Below, one piece after another: positions 1-10,255 of a stretch of 64,000 bases of DNA; position 1 is the stretch's first letter; the number at the start of each line of letters is the position of its first letter. A model generated the notes under the pieces. It saw nothing but the letters and a program-made list of their open reading frames with translations. It did not search any database and was not told the DNA's origin. A program made the position numbers and the translations under genes. The DNA comes from Gammaproteobacteria bacterium (GTDB lineage: Bacteria > Pseudomonadota > Gammaproteobacteria > G965277405), in the NCBI GenBank assembly GCA_965277405.1, contig OZ255726.1:1472001-1536000 (forward strand). The letters run 5' to 3'.

Positions 1-495
1 TTGCCGTTGCTGATGGTGACTGCAAACAACGACTTTGTCTGTCCGTTGAGTTCGAGTCGCGATGGGCAAATGCTGACCCATATTATCCAAAAGCAGCAAA
101 ATATTCGTTATGTTTTTGGGTCATCAAACCGGCGCACAGTGCCAATGTTGCGTGGACTAATCCGCGCATTGGCGCAAGGAAAGAATATTTTTTTTGCCGC
201 AGATGGTCCGAGGGGGCCAATGTTTATTGCCAAACAAGGACCGGTGTTTATTGCCAATCGTGCCGACGTTCCAATCGTATTGCTGTGCGCAAAGTTTACT
301 GGTGGGCTGCGTTTTAGCAAGATGTGGGACGCTACAATCATTCCATGGCCGTGGAGCAAAATTAGCTTTGCTGCGCAACGTTTTGTATTGCCTGCGGATG
401 TCAAAAAAGAACAAATTCCCCTGTATAGCCAACAGCTCAGTGAGCAACTCAACGCGGTAAATAGATGCAATGGTCGCGACACATGGAAGCGCTGA
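1..495 (+). CDS. DUF374 / lysophospholipid acyltransferase-like protein, 5' part outside window
   Basis: Motifs S-S-S-RDG, GSS-R, ADGPRGP and WD...IPWP typical of DUF374 proteins; stop TGA lies in a MITE terminal-repeat remnant. Confidence 0.7.
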   Translation: MPLLMVTANNDFVCPLSSSRDGQMLTHIIQKQQNIRYVFGSSNRRTVPMLRGLIRALAQGKNIFFAADGPRGPMFIAKQGPVFIANRADVPIVLLCAKFTGGLRFSKMWDATIIPWPWSKISFAAQRFVLPADVKKEQIPLYSQQLSEQLNAVNRCNGRDTWKR

Positions 496-513
496 TTAAC
501 TCGCTGATTGAGC
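485..513 (+). mobile_element. MITE left-end remnant
   Basis: GGAAGCGCTGATTAACTCGCTGATTGAGC matches the left end of the copy at 9805. Confidence 0.7.
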
Positions 514-544
514 AATATAACCGCAACAATAGTATGATACTGCA

Positions 545-1546
545 ATGAATATCAGCAACATCCACACTACAGATTTATTCGCATGGCATGCGCCGTTGTA
601 TCAGCATTTAACCGAGCAAAATTCGACCAATCGTCTACCGCACGGCAATCTATTGCATGGGATAAAAGGTGTTGGCAAGTTGATCGTTGCTTATAAATTA
701 GCCGCTAGATTATTGTGCAAAAGCGCATCAACAACTCCGTGTGGTTCATGCGCCAGTTGCCAGCTATTACAAGGTGGCTTTCATCCTGATTTGCAGTATA
801 TCGATCGTGGCGAAAAAACTGTTATTGTCGTCGAAACGGTGCGCAAAATGATTGATGCGGTTGCACAAAAATCGCATCAAAATGGTAATAAAATTATCAT
901 CATTAACGATAGCCATTTGCTACATAAAGCTGCAGAAAATGCGTTGCTCAAGGTCATAGAAGAGCCGTTCGCCAATACGTATATTTTTTTGCTTACTCCT
1001 TCGCTACACCAAATTATGCCAACCATCCGCAGTAGAATGCAAAAGATTGCTGTCCCCGCCCCAACGCAGCAGCAGGCTCATGCTTGGATTATTACTACGC
1101 TGCAGCAACGTGCTGGTAGCGATCAAATCGATCTGGCATTGATAGATGATATGTTGGTCGTAGCAAATAATGCCCCGTTGCAAGCATTAGCAATGTTGCA
1201 AGTACAGCCGAGAATAGTCGTCGATGCGATTGCTGCGTTGCAGCCAACGGCAACGTATGACGGTATACAACAACTAAGGGCATACCAGCCAATTGATGTG
1301 TTGTCTGTATTTGCGATGCTGTTGCACGATGTACTAGCAATACACTACCAAGCTCAAGTAATCAAATTGCAGCAATATCGTCAGTCTATCCAAGCGTTGG
1401 CAGACATGATTGACAACAAGAAAGTCGCTCGGCTGTTTGATGGTATTTATGACGGTATTCGTCAGCTGCAATTTCCTATTCATCCAAACTCATCGATGCT
1501 GTTGATGAGTTTTTTAACAAGGTGGCAACAATGCAGAATCAATTGA
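545..1546 (+). CDS. holB: DNA polymerase III subunit delta prime
   Basis: LPHGNLLHG-KGVGK, CGSCASC zinc motif, HPD, NALLKVIEEP, PTIRSR. Confidence 0.9.
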   Translation: MNISNIHTTDLFAWHAPLYQHLTEQNSTNRLPHGNLLHGIKGVGKLIVAYKLAARLLCKSASTTPCGSCASCQLLQGGFHPDLQYIDRGEKTVIVVETVRKMIDAVAQKSHQNGNKIIIINDSHLLHKAAENALLKVIEEPFANTYIFLLTPSLHQIMPTIRSRMQKIAVPAPTQQQAHAWIITTLQQRAGSDQIDLALIDDMLVVANNAPLQALAMLQVQPRIVVDAIAALQPTATYDGIQQLRAYQPIDVLSVFAMLLHDVLAIHYQAQVIKLQQYRQSIQALADMIDNKKVARLFDGIYDGIRQLQFPIHPNSSMLLMSFLTRWQQCRIN

Positions 1547-2385
1547 ATGTCTGGTGTAATGGGGTGCTGGTGCCAAAAGCCGACGCCAAAATATCGGTGT
1601 TTGACCGTGGCTTTTTATTCGGTGATGGGGCGTATGAAGTTATCCCTGTCTATAATGGCAAATGTTTTGCGCTCACAGACCACTTGCTGCGGTTGCAGCG
1701 CACGTTACATCACATTGGCATTACCAACCCGCATACCCTCGATGAATGGCAGAGCATTATCCGGATATTGATTGACGACTTTGCCGAGTCAAATTGCGCG
1801 GTATACCTCCAAGTTAGCCGTGGAGTTGAGGACATTCGCAGTCATGTGTTTCCGCAGCAATCAGTTGCACCAACAGTTGTTGGGTTTTGTCAACGACGAA
1901 AAGTTGTTCGAGGTGACGCAGAAGTAGCGGCGATTACTGTTGATGATTACCGTTGGCAAAAGAATTGTTTGAAAACAACGTCGCTGATCGCCAATGTGTT
2001 GATTAGCCAACAGGCAATAACTCAAGGCGTGCAAGGAACAATATTATTGCGTGATGGCTATGTCACCGAAGGTGCAGCAACAAATGTTTTTATTGTGCGC
2101 AATGCTACGGTTGTTACCCCGCCGTGCACAGACTTGATTCTGTGGGGCATTACCCGTAAACACGTGTTGCAAGCGATGGCTGCCGCAGGAATTGCATATA
2201 CAGAAGCGGAAATTTCTTATAACCAGTTGTGCGCAGCTGACGAAATATGGCTAACGAGTTCGATGAAAGAAATTCTCGCAATCACTACACTAAATAATCA
2301 ACGTGTAGGTCATGGAAATATCGGCAACATTACAGCAAAAGCAGGAAAAGCGTTGCGCGACTATATTGCACAACATTTGGAATAA
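1522..2385 (+). CDS. dat: D-amino acid aminotransferase (class IV PLP enzyme)
   Basis: ISVFDRGFLFGDGAYEV, YLQVSRG, KTTSL, TEGAATNVF, ILWGITR. Confidence 0.8.
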   Translation: MATMQNQLNVWCNGVLVPKADAKISVFDRGFLFGDGAYEVIPVYNGKCFALTDHLLRLQRTLHHIGITNPHTLDEWQSIIRILIDDFAESNCAVYLQVSRGVEDIRSHVFPQQSVAPTVVGFCQRRKVVRGDAEVAAITVDDYRWQKNCLKTTSLIANVLISQQAITQGVQGTILLRDGYVTEGAATNVFIVRNATVVTPPCTDLILWGITRKHVLQAMAAAGIAYTEAEISYNQLCAADEIWLTSSMKEILAITTLNNQRVGHGNIGNITAKAGKALRDYIAQHLE

Positions 2386-2392
2386 TTGCGTA

Positions 2393-3256
2393 TTATTTGC
2401 TGGTTGGTTTGAGTTGAGATAAGCATACCCCAATACTAACAAGCGCTGCGCAAGCAATATCAAACCATGTCATCGGGGTAGCAAAAATCAGCCACGCTTG
2501 TAATATCGCTAAGATCGGTATGAAAGAGAAGAAAACGGCAGTCTGCGTTGCCCCTATTTTTTGTATCCCATCAAAATACCAAATAAAAGACATTGCGGTA
2601 GAAAATACACCAAGCACTGCGATCATCAGCCATAGCGAGAGGGTGATATCTGGCAACGTTGTCCATAATGCTTGCTGTTCATAGCTGGCAATAATTATCA
2701 GCGCAATAATAAATGCCCAGCAGTTAAGCTGCTGTGATGAGTACTTGACAAGTAAGCTCTTGCCAAGAAACGTAAACGTAGTCCAAGAGACGATAGCCAA
2801 CACTAAATACCCGTCGTATATCGTAATTGCTGACGTGTCAAAACGACCGTTGGTTGCGGCTAATATTGCCCCAAATAATGATAGCACGACCCCTAGCCAC
2901 TGTATTTTGCCAATAGTTTCTTTAAAAAAAAGCCAAGCACAGATGGCAATAACTGCCGGATTTGCTGGAATAATAGTAGCCGCACGCACCGTAGTAACGT
3001 GTTGTAGCCCTGTCATAAAGGCATAGTTGTAAATGACCACCCCCGTCAACGATAATGCGACGATGTACACAATGTCTTGCCAACGTTTAGGCAGCTGAAT
3101 GGCGGTATTCCAAGAAACCGCAAGGAGGATGACACTGCCAATGGCGTATCGATAAAACACCGCTACGTTTGGCTCAATTGTTGCGACAATTTTATGACTT
3201 AACACGAACGACAGTGACCATGAAAAGACAGCAGCAAAAACTTTTATGTATACCAT
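2393..3256 (-). CDS. DMT/EamA family transporter
   Basis: About 10 hydrophobic segments in a two-fold EamA pattern, WLFFKE. Confidence 0.85.
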   Translation of the reverse strand: MVYIKVFAAVFSWSLSFVLSHKIVATIEPNVAVFYRYAIGSVILLAVSWNTAIQLPKRWQDIVYIVALSLTGVVIYNYAFMTGLQHVTTVRAATIIPANPAVIAICAWLFFKETIGKIQWLGVVLSLFGAILAATNGRFDTSAITIYDGYLVLAIVSWTTFTFLGKSLLVKYSSQQLNCWAFIIALIIIASYEQQALWTTLPDITLSLWLMIAVLGVFSTAMSFIWYFDGIQKIGATQTAVFFSFIPILAILQAWLIFATPMTWFDIACAALVSIGVCLSQLKPTSK

Positions 3257-3399
3257 TGCAGATTTCCGCTGTTAGATGCCTTTATTCTTGCGTAATGCCA
3301 ACGCTGTTGTGCTGTTGTATGTTAACCATATCGGTTGCAAGAATATTTGTCGATGTCAAAAAATTAGCAATACGCAGGGTGCAAGCGCAACGGCGGTGT

Positions 3400-3963
3400 T
3401 TATCGATCAAAAATGAACGTTCGTGTGAGGGTTATCGTAGCATGTAATTTGGCTACGGTTGCTGAAAAAATCGGATACGGAGCCGCCGCATATACCATAT
3501 CAAGTGCGGCTTGTTGCAGCAACGTAGCAGGTGTATTTGCATCAACAATATTTGCATCGATTATATCTCCACGTAGGTTGATGGTGAACGTAACACGGAC
3601 ACTTCCCTGGATGCTATGAGTATTTGGGTAATGGCTGTTGCCCCAATCTTCTAAATAATCGAGAATTCTATTCGCAGTATCATCGATTGTCTGGTCTGCG
3701 CTTAAGCGGCTAATCTGTTTATCAATCGTACGCAACGCATGTGAGTTGCTATCAACGTAGCTGCCGTCAAAAGCCGGAACATATTGAACATCGATTGTAT
3801 CAGGTGGACCTTGGTATGTTGGTATGATGCCATTGTGGTTGCTGAACCAGTGCCAACCACTGGCGAACATCATTACAGATATAATGCATAGCCGTGTATT
3901 TGCAGCCCCATATTCCAGCGACGGGCGTTGAATATGGCGCCAGATACAGCGCAAAGCTGACAT
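3400..3963 (-). CDS. TonB C-terminal domain protein, start uncertain
   Basis: YP...GSVRVTFTINLRGDI...LLQQAALDMVYAAAPYPIF. Confidence 0.6.
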   Translation of the reverse strand: MSALRCIWRHIQRPSLEYGAANTRLCIISVMMFASGWHWFSNHNGIIPTYQGPPDTIDVQYVPAFDGSYVDSNSHALRTIDKQISRLSADQTIDDTANRILDYLEDWGNSHYPNTHSIQGSVRVTFTINLRGDIIDANIVDANTPATLLQQAALDMVYAAAPYPIFSATVAKLHATITLTRTFIFDR

Positions 3964-4129
3964 GTGGTGTATTCAGGCGCAAGTAATATTAGCAATGTGC
4001 ACTGTATTTGCTCGAATAAGCTGGTCGACCGAGTCGCTCCATACCCGTATTGTGGTTGCATAAAAAACGCAATGCGACGCAATAGATAGCGTCCGCAGCC
4101 GTTCCTTGTCGCCAACCATGAATACCTAA

Positions 4130-5353
4130 TTATCTGGTTTGCATAACGATGCTGGCGTTGGTACCACCAAAGCCAAAGCTATTACTCATAATGATATTCA
4201 AAGCATGGGTCTTTTTTTCCGTAACAATTGGAAATGCTGCTGCGACTGGGTCGAGCTTATCGATGTTAATACTTGGAGCAATCCAGCCATGCTTGGCCAT
4301 CAGCAACGAATAAATCACCTCTTGTACCCCAGTCGCGCCGAGTGAGTGACCTGACATCGATTTTGTTGCCGAAATAAACGGAATATCATCAGCAAATACA
4401 GACTTAATGGCATGAAGTTCAGATACATCACCAACAGGGGTTCCTGTACCATGTGGGTTTATATAGTCAATTTTAACCCCAGCTGGCATCGCTCCGCGCA
4501 TCGCTGCAGCACCACCAAGACCAGACGGCGACACCATGTCATACCCATCAGATGTTGCGCTATACCCGATTATTTCCGCATAGATTGGCGCGCCTCTTTT
4601 TTCGGCATGTTCGAGCGATTCCATCGTCAGCATCCCCCCACCACCAGCAATAACAAAGCCGCCGCGGTCAACATCAAATGGGCGTGATGCGCGGTGCGGC
4701 TCATCATTAAAGTTTTCTGCCATCGCCCGCATGCCATCAAACAACACCGAAAGCGACCAATGTTCTTCTTCACTGCCGCCAGCAAGGACGACATCTTGGA
4801 CACCGTGTGCAATCAGCTCGTATGCATTACCAATACAATGTAAGCTGGTAGTACACGCTGATGAAATTGAATAACTAACGCCGTGTGTTTGTAGGAATGT
4901 CGACAATGCAGCAGAAACCCCACTTGCCATCGTTGGTGTTACCGCATACGGGCCGACTCGTTTTATCCCACGCTCACGCAAGGTATCTACGGCGTTGATC
5001 AACGTGCTGGTGCTGGGACCACCTGAACCTGCAATTACTCCACAGCGTGGTGATTGAATATCCTCAGGTCGCAGCCGTGCATCGGCAATAGCGTCGAGTG
5101 CAGAGACATATGCATAGCGCATATGGTCTGCCATGAATCGATTTTTCTTGCGGTCGATGCGACTATGAATCGATGCTAAAGCTGCAGCGGATATGCTGCC
5201 GGCTACATGGCTGCGAAAACCCAAGCGTTGGTATTCTTCTTGAAAAGTAATACCACTTTTCCCAGTCGCAAGAGCGTGAGCAACACTATCAACATCAAGC
5301 CCTAAACAAGAAACAATACCTAAACCCGTTATGACAACACGTTGCTGTTTCAC
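4130..5353 (-). CDS. fabB: Beta-ketoacyl-ACP synthase I
   Basis: RVVITGLGIVS, ISSACTTS, HGTGTPVGD, SNSFGFGGTN; GTG start proposed at 5353; follows fabA. Confidence 0.93.
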   Translation of the reverse strand: MKQQRVVITGLGIVSCLGLDVDSVAHALATGKSGITFQEEYQRLGFRSHVAGSISAAALASIHSRIDRKKNRFMADHMRYAYVSALDAIADARLRPEDIQSPRCGVIAGSGGPSTSTLINAVDTLRERGIKRVGPYAVTPTMASGVSAALSTFLQTHGVSYSISSACTTSLHCIGNAYELIAHGVQDVVLAGGSEEEHWSLSVLFDGMRAMAENFNDEPHRASRPFDVDRGGFVIAGGGGMLTMESLEHAEKRGAPIYAEIIGYSATSDGYDMVSPSGLGGAAAMRGAMPAGVKIDYINPHGTGTPVGDVSELHAIKSVFADDIPFISATKSMSGHSLGATGVQEVIYSLLMAKHGWIAPSINIDKLDPVAAAFPIVTEKKTHALNIIMSNSFGFGGTNASIVMQTR

Positions 5354-5363
5354 TATTATGCTC

Positions 5364-5903
5364 CTATGCTCCGTTATCAAAAGTTTTTAGCTGGCTTGGG
5401 GAGAACATCCCAACGCGCAAATCTTTTGCCGAATAAATTTTTTGATCTGCAACATACAATTCACCGTCAGCAACTCCTAGTATTAACTTGCGCTGAATGA
5501 GACGTTTAATTGATATTTTATACGTGATTTTTGCAATATTCGGCAATACCTGCCCAGTAAAGCGTACTTCGCCACAGCCAAGCGCACGACCACGACCAGG
5601 CATCTCGCTCCAGCCCATAAAAAACCCCACCAGCTGCCACATGGCGTCAAGGCCTAAACAGCCTGGCATGACAGGGTCATGCTTAAAATGGCAGTCAAAA
5701 AACCAGAGTGAGGGGTCAATATCAAGCTCGGCGATAATTTCTCCTTTGCCATATATGCCTTGGGTAGCAGTGATAGAAATAATGCGGTCAGCCATCAGCA
5801 TGTTTGGTGCTGGGAGTTGGGCGTTACCAAGGCCAAATAACTCCCCGCGCGAACATGCGAGCAGCTCATCTTTTGTGTATGCGTTTTGTTTGTTTTTACT
5901 CAT
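5364..5903 (-). CDS. fabA: 3-hydroxydecanoyl-ACP dehydratase/isomerase
   Basis: [33 protein letters not shown]. Confidence 0.95.
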   Translation of the reverse strand: MSKNKQNAYTKDELLACSRGELFGLGNAQLPAPNMLMADRIISITATQGIYGKGEIIAELDIDPSLWFFDCHFKHDPVMPGCLGLDAMWQLVGFFMGWSEMPGRGRALGCGEVRFTGQVLPNIAKITYKISIKRLIQRKLILGVADGELYVADQKIYSAKDLRVGMFSPSQLKTFDNGA

Positions 5904-5931
5904 TTAATACATAAATATATATAATAAAGTT

Positions 5932-6507
5932 GTGTATACGGACAAATCACAACATGGATTTTCAATGATTGAATTACTCATTGTCATCGTGCTAGTTGGA
6001 TTGATGACAACCATTAGCATAACGAGTATTCGTTCATTGCTCAACAATACTGTAAGTGACTCTGAACAGCAAACAATGCTATCAATACTTAAACAAGCCA
6101 GAAATCACGCATTAACTGCAAATGTAACGGTGGTTGTTTGTCCAATCGATATCAATGGAAATTGTATCGCAGCTTGGGAGGAAACATGGATAGTATTTAT
6201 TGATAATAATGCAAATAAAAATATTAGCGCATCAGAGCGGGTTTTGTTGACATACCAGCCAAAAGGTCAAAATATTTTGCTTCGCTTTAGCGGATTTGGC
6301 GCAAGTTCAAGGTATATTCAGTTTATACCACAAGGAAGAATGAAAGCAAATAATGGCACCTTGGTATACTGCCAAGCTGGGGATTTATCATATGCCCGTG
6401 TCATTATCATCAATAGACAAGGGAGAGCACGGGTTGGTGTCGATGCAAATCAAAACGGAATTGTTGAAAACGCCAAGAATATTGATATTGCATGCGGATA
6501 TGACTGA
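5932..6507 (+). CDS. fimT: GspH/FimT family minor pilin
   Basis: Prepilin motif GFSMIELLIVI; VVVCP...W...WIVF; NGTLVYC. Confidence 0.8.
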   Translation: MYTDKSQHGFSMIELLIVIVLVGLMTTISITSIRSLLNNTVSDSEQQTMLSILKQARNHALTANVTVVVCPIDINGNCIAAWEETWIVFIDNNANKNISASERVLLTYQPKGQNILLRFSGFGASSRYIQFIPQGRMKANNGTLVYCQAGDLSYARVIIINRQGRARVGVDANQNGIVENAKNIDIACGYD

Positions 6508-6742
6508 AAACACCAACACCATCGATGCGCGCGGTTTGCGTTGCCCAGAGCCAATCATGCTGTTGCATACAGGGCTGTACAATGTGGCAGCAGGTCAACA
6601 TATCGAACTCCTAGCAGATGACAGCAACACCGCTACGGATTTACGCAAACTCTGCCATTATTTGGGGCATCAAATTATCGCTACCCACCACCATGCCTGC
6701 TATACGACGTTTGTCATACAAAAACGCGTAGCAGCACAATAG
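6500..6742 (+). CDS. tusA: Sulfur carrier TusA
   Basis: IDARGLRCPEP motif; ATG at 6500 overlaps the fimT end. Confidence 0.85.
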   Translation: MTENTNTIDARGLRCPEPIMLLHTGLYNVAAGQHIELLADDSNTATDLRKLCHYLGHQIIATHHHACYTTFVIQKRVAAQ

Positions 6743-6863
6743 TGAACACCAATCGGCTACCAAATATCATGAAGTTGAGCCAGCAGCTGCAGCAGCAAAC
6801 GGCGTATCCGCAACCCAATTTAACCAAGACTGTTGCTGCAATGGTATCCGTAAGGGCGTTAAC

Positions 6864-7916
6864 ATGCACCCATTGATGATGCAGCGCGCCATCAATACCG
6901 CGCAACAAGGGCTGTATACAACTGGCGAGAATCCTCGGGTGGGTGCGGTATTGGCAAGGGGCGACCAACTATTAGCAACAGGTTATCATGCCACGGATGG
7001 TGGCGACCATGCTGAAGTTGCATTGCTAAAAAATTTTACAACCGTGCCCGATGAAAGTACCATGTACGTCACCTTAGAGCCATGCTGTTATCGTGGCAAA
7101 ACCCCCGCGTGTACGGAGGCGTTGATACAGGCTGGGGTAACAAATATCTACGTTGCGATGCTTGACCCAAACCCGCGTGTTGCCGGCAAAGGTGTGGCGC
7201 TATTAAGGCAAGCTGGGTGCAAGGTTACTGTTACCAACACCCAACAGGCGCATGGTTTAAATATTGGGTTCATCCAACGGATGCAAACAGGAATGCCGTG
7301 GGTGCGGGTAAAAATCGCAGCTACGCTCGATGGCAATATTGCAGCAGCAGATGGTTCTAGCCAGTGGATAACTGCCCAGCCAGCGCGGGATGACGGGCAT
7401 CATTGGCGTGGACGAGCGCAAGCTATATTGACAACAGCAACAACAGTGATTGTCGATAAAGCGCGGCTTAATGCGCGGTTGGATGTGGTTGTTACCCAAC
7501 CTGACGTGTATGTGCTCGATACAAATTTTAGCTTGCCGCCAACAGCTGCAATATATCGCTGCACTTCACCACGCCAAGTCATACGGATTGGCAGCAATCC
7601 AGCCAAGGCAGAGGCTGATGATTGGTTGCTTGCAGGTGACATCGAGCTAGCAGCAATTATCCGCATGATTGGAGCGACTGGGGTGAACGAATTACACGTT
7701 GAGGCTGGCGGAACGTTGGTTGGCGCGCTGCAAGAGCAAGGGCTTATCGATGAAATTATCCTGTATCAAGCAGCTGCAATTGTTGGCGGGCAAGGAAGAA
7801 GAGCAATAGCGAATCAACGCGGGCTAACGCTGGCTGAACTCCAACATTGGCAGAGTATCGACACCCGCTGGTTTGGCAGCGATTTACGCAGGGTACTGCG
7901 CCCAGCAGCAAAATAG
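6864..7916 (+). CDS. ribD: Riboflavin deaminase/reductase
   Basis: NPRVG, HAE, YVTLEPC, TPAC, TLDG, VEAGG. Confidence 0.93.
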   Translation: MHPLMMQRAINTAQQGLYTTGENPRVGAVLARGDQLLATGYHATDGGDHAEVALLKNFTTVPDESTMYVTLEPCCYRGKTPACTEALIQAGVTNIYVAMLDPNPRVAGKGVALLRQAGCKVTVTNTQQAHGLNIGFIQRMQTGMPWVRVKIAATLDGNIAAADGSSQWITAQPARDDGHHWRGRAQAILTTATTVIVDKARLNARLDVVVTQPDVYVLDTNFSLPPTAAIYRCTSPRQVIRIGSNPAKAEADDWLLAGDIELAAIIRMIGATGVNELHVEAGGTLVGALQEQGLIDEIILYQAAAIVGGQGRRAIANQRGLTLAELQHWQSIDTRWFGSDLRRVLRPAAK

Positions 7917-8039
7917 TATTGTCTGGATATGGCAGCTATGATGAACACAACGCGGTCTAGCTATTATTTGGGACATTGTAATGGCTAATTTAAGGTAGAA
8001 ATGGGATTGGGTTCAAGTTGCTATTCTTATTTACTCTTG

Positions 8040-8172
8040 CATAGGGGAAGATGGGAAATGTATTCCTTTTTTTTGTGTAATTTGTTGCCAAGATGATTAG
8101 TAATGTTTGAGGGTAAAACATATAGTATTAACGGATATGATATTTAAGAATTTTTTTATTTCAGGTGGAAAA
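8040..8172 (+). promoter_or_regulatory. Conserved leader of lipoprotein 1
   Basis: About 130-bp block repeated before all five paralogues; TAGTAA-N17-TATAGT at 8098-8126. Confidence 0.5.
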
Positions 8173-9819
8173 ATGAACAAACAGATATTATTTTTAGCGC
8201 TAGGACTATTAGCTATAGCAGGCTGTAACAGTGATAGTAGCAGCGATAGTGAAACCAACAGTAGTAAAACCAACAGTAACGAAACTAGCAGTAGCGAAAC
8301 ATCTGCATCAGCAATCCCAGACGCACCAAGCAATGTAAGCGCAACAGCAGGTGATAGGGGAGGAGAAATAACCATTAGGTGGAATCCGGTATTTAATGCC
8401 GATTCATACAATCTATATTGGGCAACAACAGCTGGATATGGTAAATCTGCCAGCAAAATATCGCCAGTAACCAGCCCGTACACGCATACAGGGCGTTATA
8501 ATGAATCCACATACTATTACACAATAACCGCTAACAATGCCAGCGGTGAGTCTAGTACCAGTAACGAAGTTGCGGCAGGTCAAAATGATTCTAAGATTAA
8601 AACAATCTATGCAACCGACTTAGCTTTTGCCGCGCTTAAAAACGATGGGACTGTCGTTACTTGGGGGAGAGAGTATTACGGCGGCGATAGTGCAGCGGTG
8701 CAGCATCTACTGAATAACGTTACAGCAATCTATGCAGCCAGTCATGCTTTTGCCGCGCTTAAAAACGATGGGACTGTCGTTACTTGGGGTGCTAGAGGCG
8801 GCGATAGTGCAGCGGTGCAGCATCTACTGAATAACGTTACAGCAATCTATGCAGCCAGTCATGCTTTTGCCGCGCTTAAAAACGATGGGACTGTCGTTAC
8901 TTGGGGTGCTAGCGGCGGCGATAGTGCAGCGGTGCAGCATCTACTGAATAACGTTACAGCAATCTATGCAAACAGGGAAGCTTTTGCCGCGCTTAAAAAC
9001 GATGGGACTGTCGTTACTTGGGGTGATGAGGATTGGGGCGGCGATAGTTCAGCGGTGCAGCATCTACTGACTAACGTTAAAGAAATCTATTCAACTGGCG
9101 CTGCTTTTGCAGCGCTTACCAACGCCAGGACTGTCGTTACTTGGGGGATTGAGGATTACGGCGGTGATAGTGCAGCGGTGCAGCATCTACTGAATAACGT
9201 TACAGTAATCTATGCAACCTATTATGCTTTTGCCGCGCTTAAAAACGATGGGACTGTCGTTACTTGGGGGAGAGAGTATTACGGCGGCGATAGTTCAGGC
9301 GTGGAGGATCAACTGAATAACGTTACAGCAATCTATGCAAACACCCACGCTTTTGCCGCGCTTACAAACGATGGGACTGTCGTTACTTGGGGTGCTATCG
9401 GCGGCGATAGTGCAGCGGTGCAGCAGCAACTGACTAACGTTAAAGAAATCTATGCAAACATCGGGGCTTTTGCCGCGCTTACCAACGCTGGGAGTGTCGT
9501 TACTTGGGGTTCTGGTGGCGGCAGCGATAGTGCAGCGGTGCAGCAGCAACTGACTAACGTTACAGCAATCTATGCAACCGAAAGTGCTTTTGCCGCGCTT
9601 AAAAACGATGGGGGTGTCGTTACTTGGGGTAGTTATAGTGCAGGCGGCGATAGTGCAGCGGTGCAGCAGCTACTGAATAACGTTACAGCAATCTATGCAG
9701 CCAGTCATGCTTTTGCCGCGCTTAAAAACGATGGGACTGTCGTTACTTGGGGTGATCAGTATAACGGTGGCGATAGTTCAGGCGTGCAGCAGCAACTGCT
9801 CTCAGGAAGCGCTGATTAA
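8173..9819 (+). CDS. Variable repeat lipoprotein 1 (FN3 + 10 RCC1/BLIP-II-like repeats)
   Basis: MNKQILF...IAGC lipobox; FN3 (PDAPSNVSA...W...YNLYW...YYYTITA); 10 repeats of about 41 aa. Confidence 0.85.
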   Translation: MNKQILFLALGLLAIAGCNSDSSSDSETNSSKTNSNETSSSETSASAIPDAPSNVSATAGDRGGEITIRWNPVFNADSYNLYWATTAGYGKSASKISPVTSPYTHTGRYNESTYYYTITANNASGESSTSNEVAAGQNDSKIKTIYATDLAFAALKNDGTVVTWGREYYGGDSAAVQHLLNNVTAIYAASHAFAALKNDGTVVTWGARGGDSAAVQHLLNNVTAIYAASHAFAALKNDGTVVTWGASGGDSAAVQHLLNNVTAIYANREAFAALKNDGTVVTWGDEDWGGDSSAVQHLLTNVKEIYSTGAAFAALTNARTVVTWGIEDYGGDSAAVQHLLNNVTVIYATYYAFAALKNDGTVVTWGREYYGGDSSGVEDQLNNVTAIYANTHAFAALTNDGTVVTWGAIGGDSAAVQQQLTNVKEIYANIGAFAALTNAGSVVTWGSGGGSDSAAVQQQLTNVTAIYATESAFAALKNDGGVVTWGSYSAGGDSAAVQQLLNNVTAIYAASHAFAALKNDGTVVTWGDQYNGGDSSGVQQQLLSGSAD

Positions 9820-10122
9820 CTCGCTTATTGAGCGAGTTTGCTGGCAATTGCTGATGATTGCAAGGCGCAAACCGCTGAGCGCATGACCTAGCTATACGCC
9901 AAGGGGTGCAACACAGCAAGTAGCGCTGCCGCAAACCCAAAGTATATGCAACACAACGACGGGAAACAAGCGCTACTAACGTCGTTGCCGCACTTGGCAA
10001 TACCCGCACGTCCCCACCAGCACAAGCCCCACCAGTGTTAGCTGCGCACTGCGCCTTGCTATCCATCAGCCATTGAGCGTTTTTGCCGCGTTTCGCCCGT
10101 CATGGACTTAATCAGAGGTGCC
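9805..10122 (+). mobile_element. MITE with IS5-type terminal inverted repeats, copy A
   Basis: GGAAGCGCTGATTAA...TTAATCAGAGGTGCC; internal sequence shared with other copies. Confidence 0.85.
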
Positions 10123-10180
10123 ATATGAGGAAGCGGGGAAATGTATTCCTTTTTTTTGTGTAATTTGTTGCCAAGATGAT

Positions 10181-10209
10181 TTGTATTGTTTGAGGGAAAA
10201 ACATATAGT
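10181..10209 (+). promoter_or_regulatory. Putative sigma70 promoter, lipoprotein 2
   Basis: TTGTAT-N17-TATAGT conserved in paralogues 2-5. Confidence 0.55.
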
Positions 10210-10255
10210 TTTAACGGCTATGATATTTAAGAATTTTTTTATTTCGGGTGGGAAA

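Noticed and set aside
3873-4120. Small ORFs between fabB and the TonB-domain gene
   Set aside because: No recognisable motif or supporting signal
8060-8075. Poly-T tract in the lipoprotein leaders as a phase-variable promoter
   Set aside because: Only T7-T9 and upstream of the proposed -35; the -35/-10 spacing is a constant 17 bp
9695-10117. Short ORFs within MITE copies (also near 14004-14478, 17032-17489, 28906-29156, 57310-57549, 59578-59846, 61333-61518)
   Set aside because: Frames and lengths are not conserved among copies
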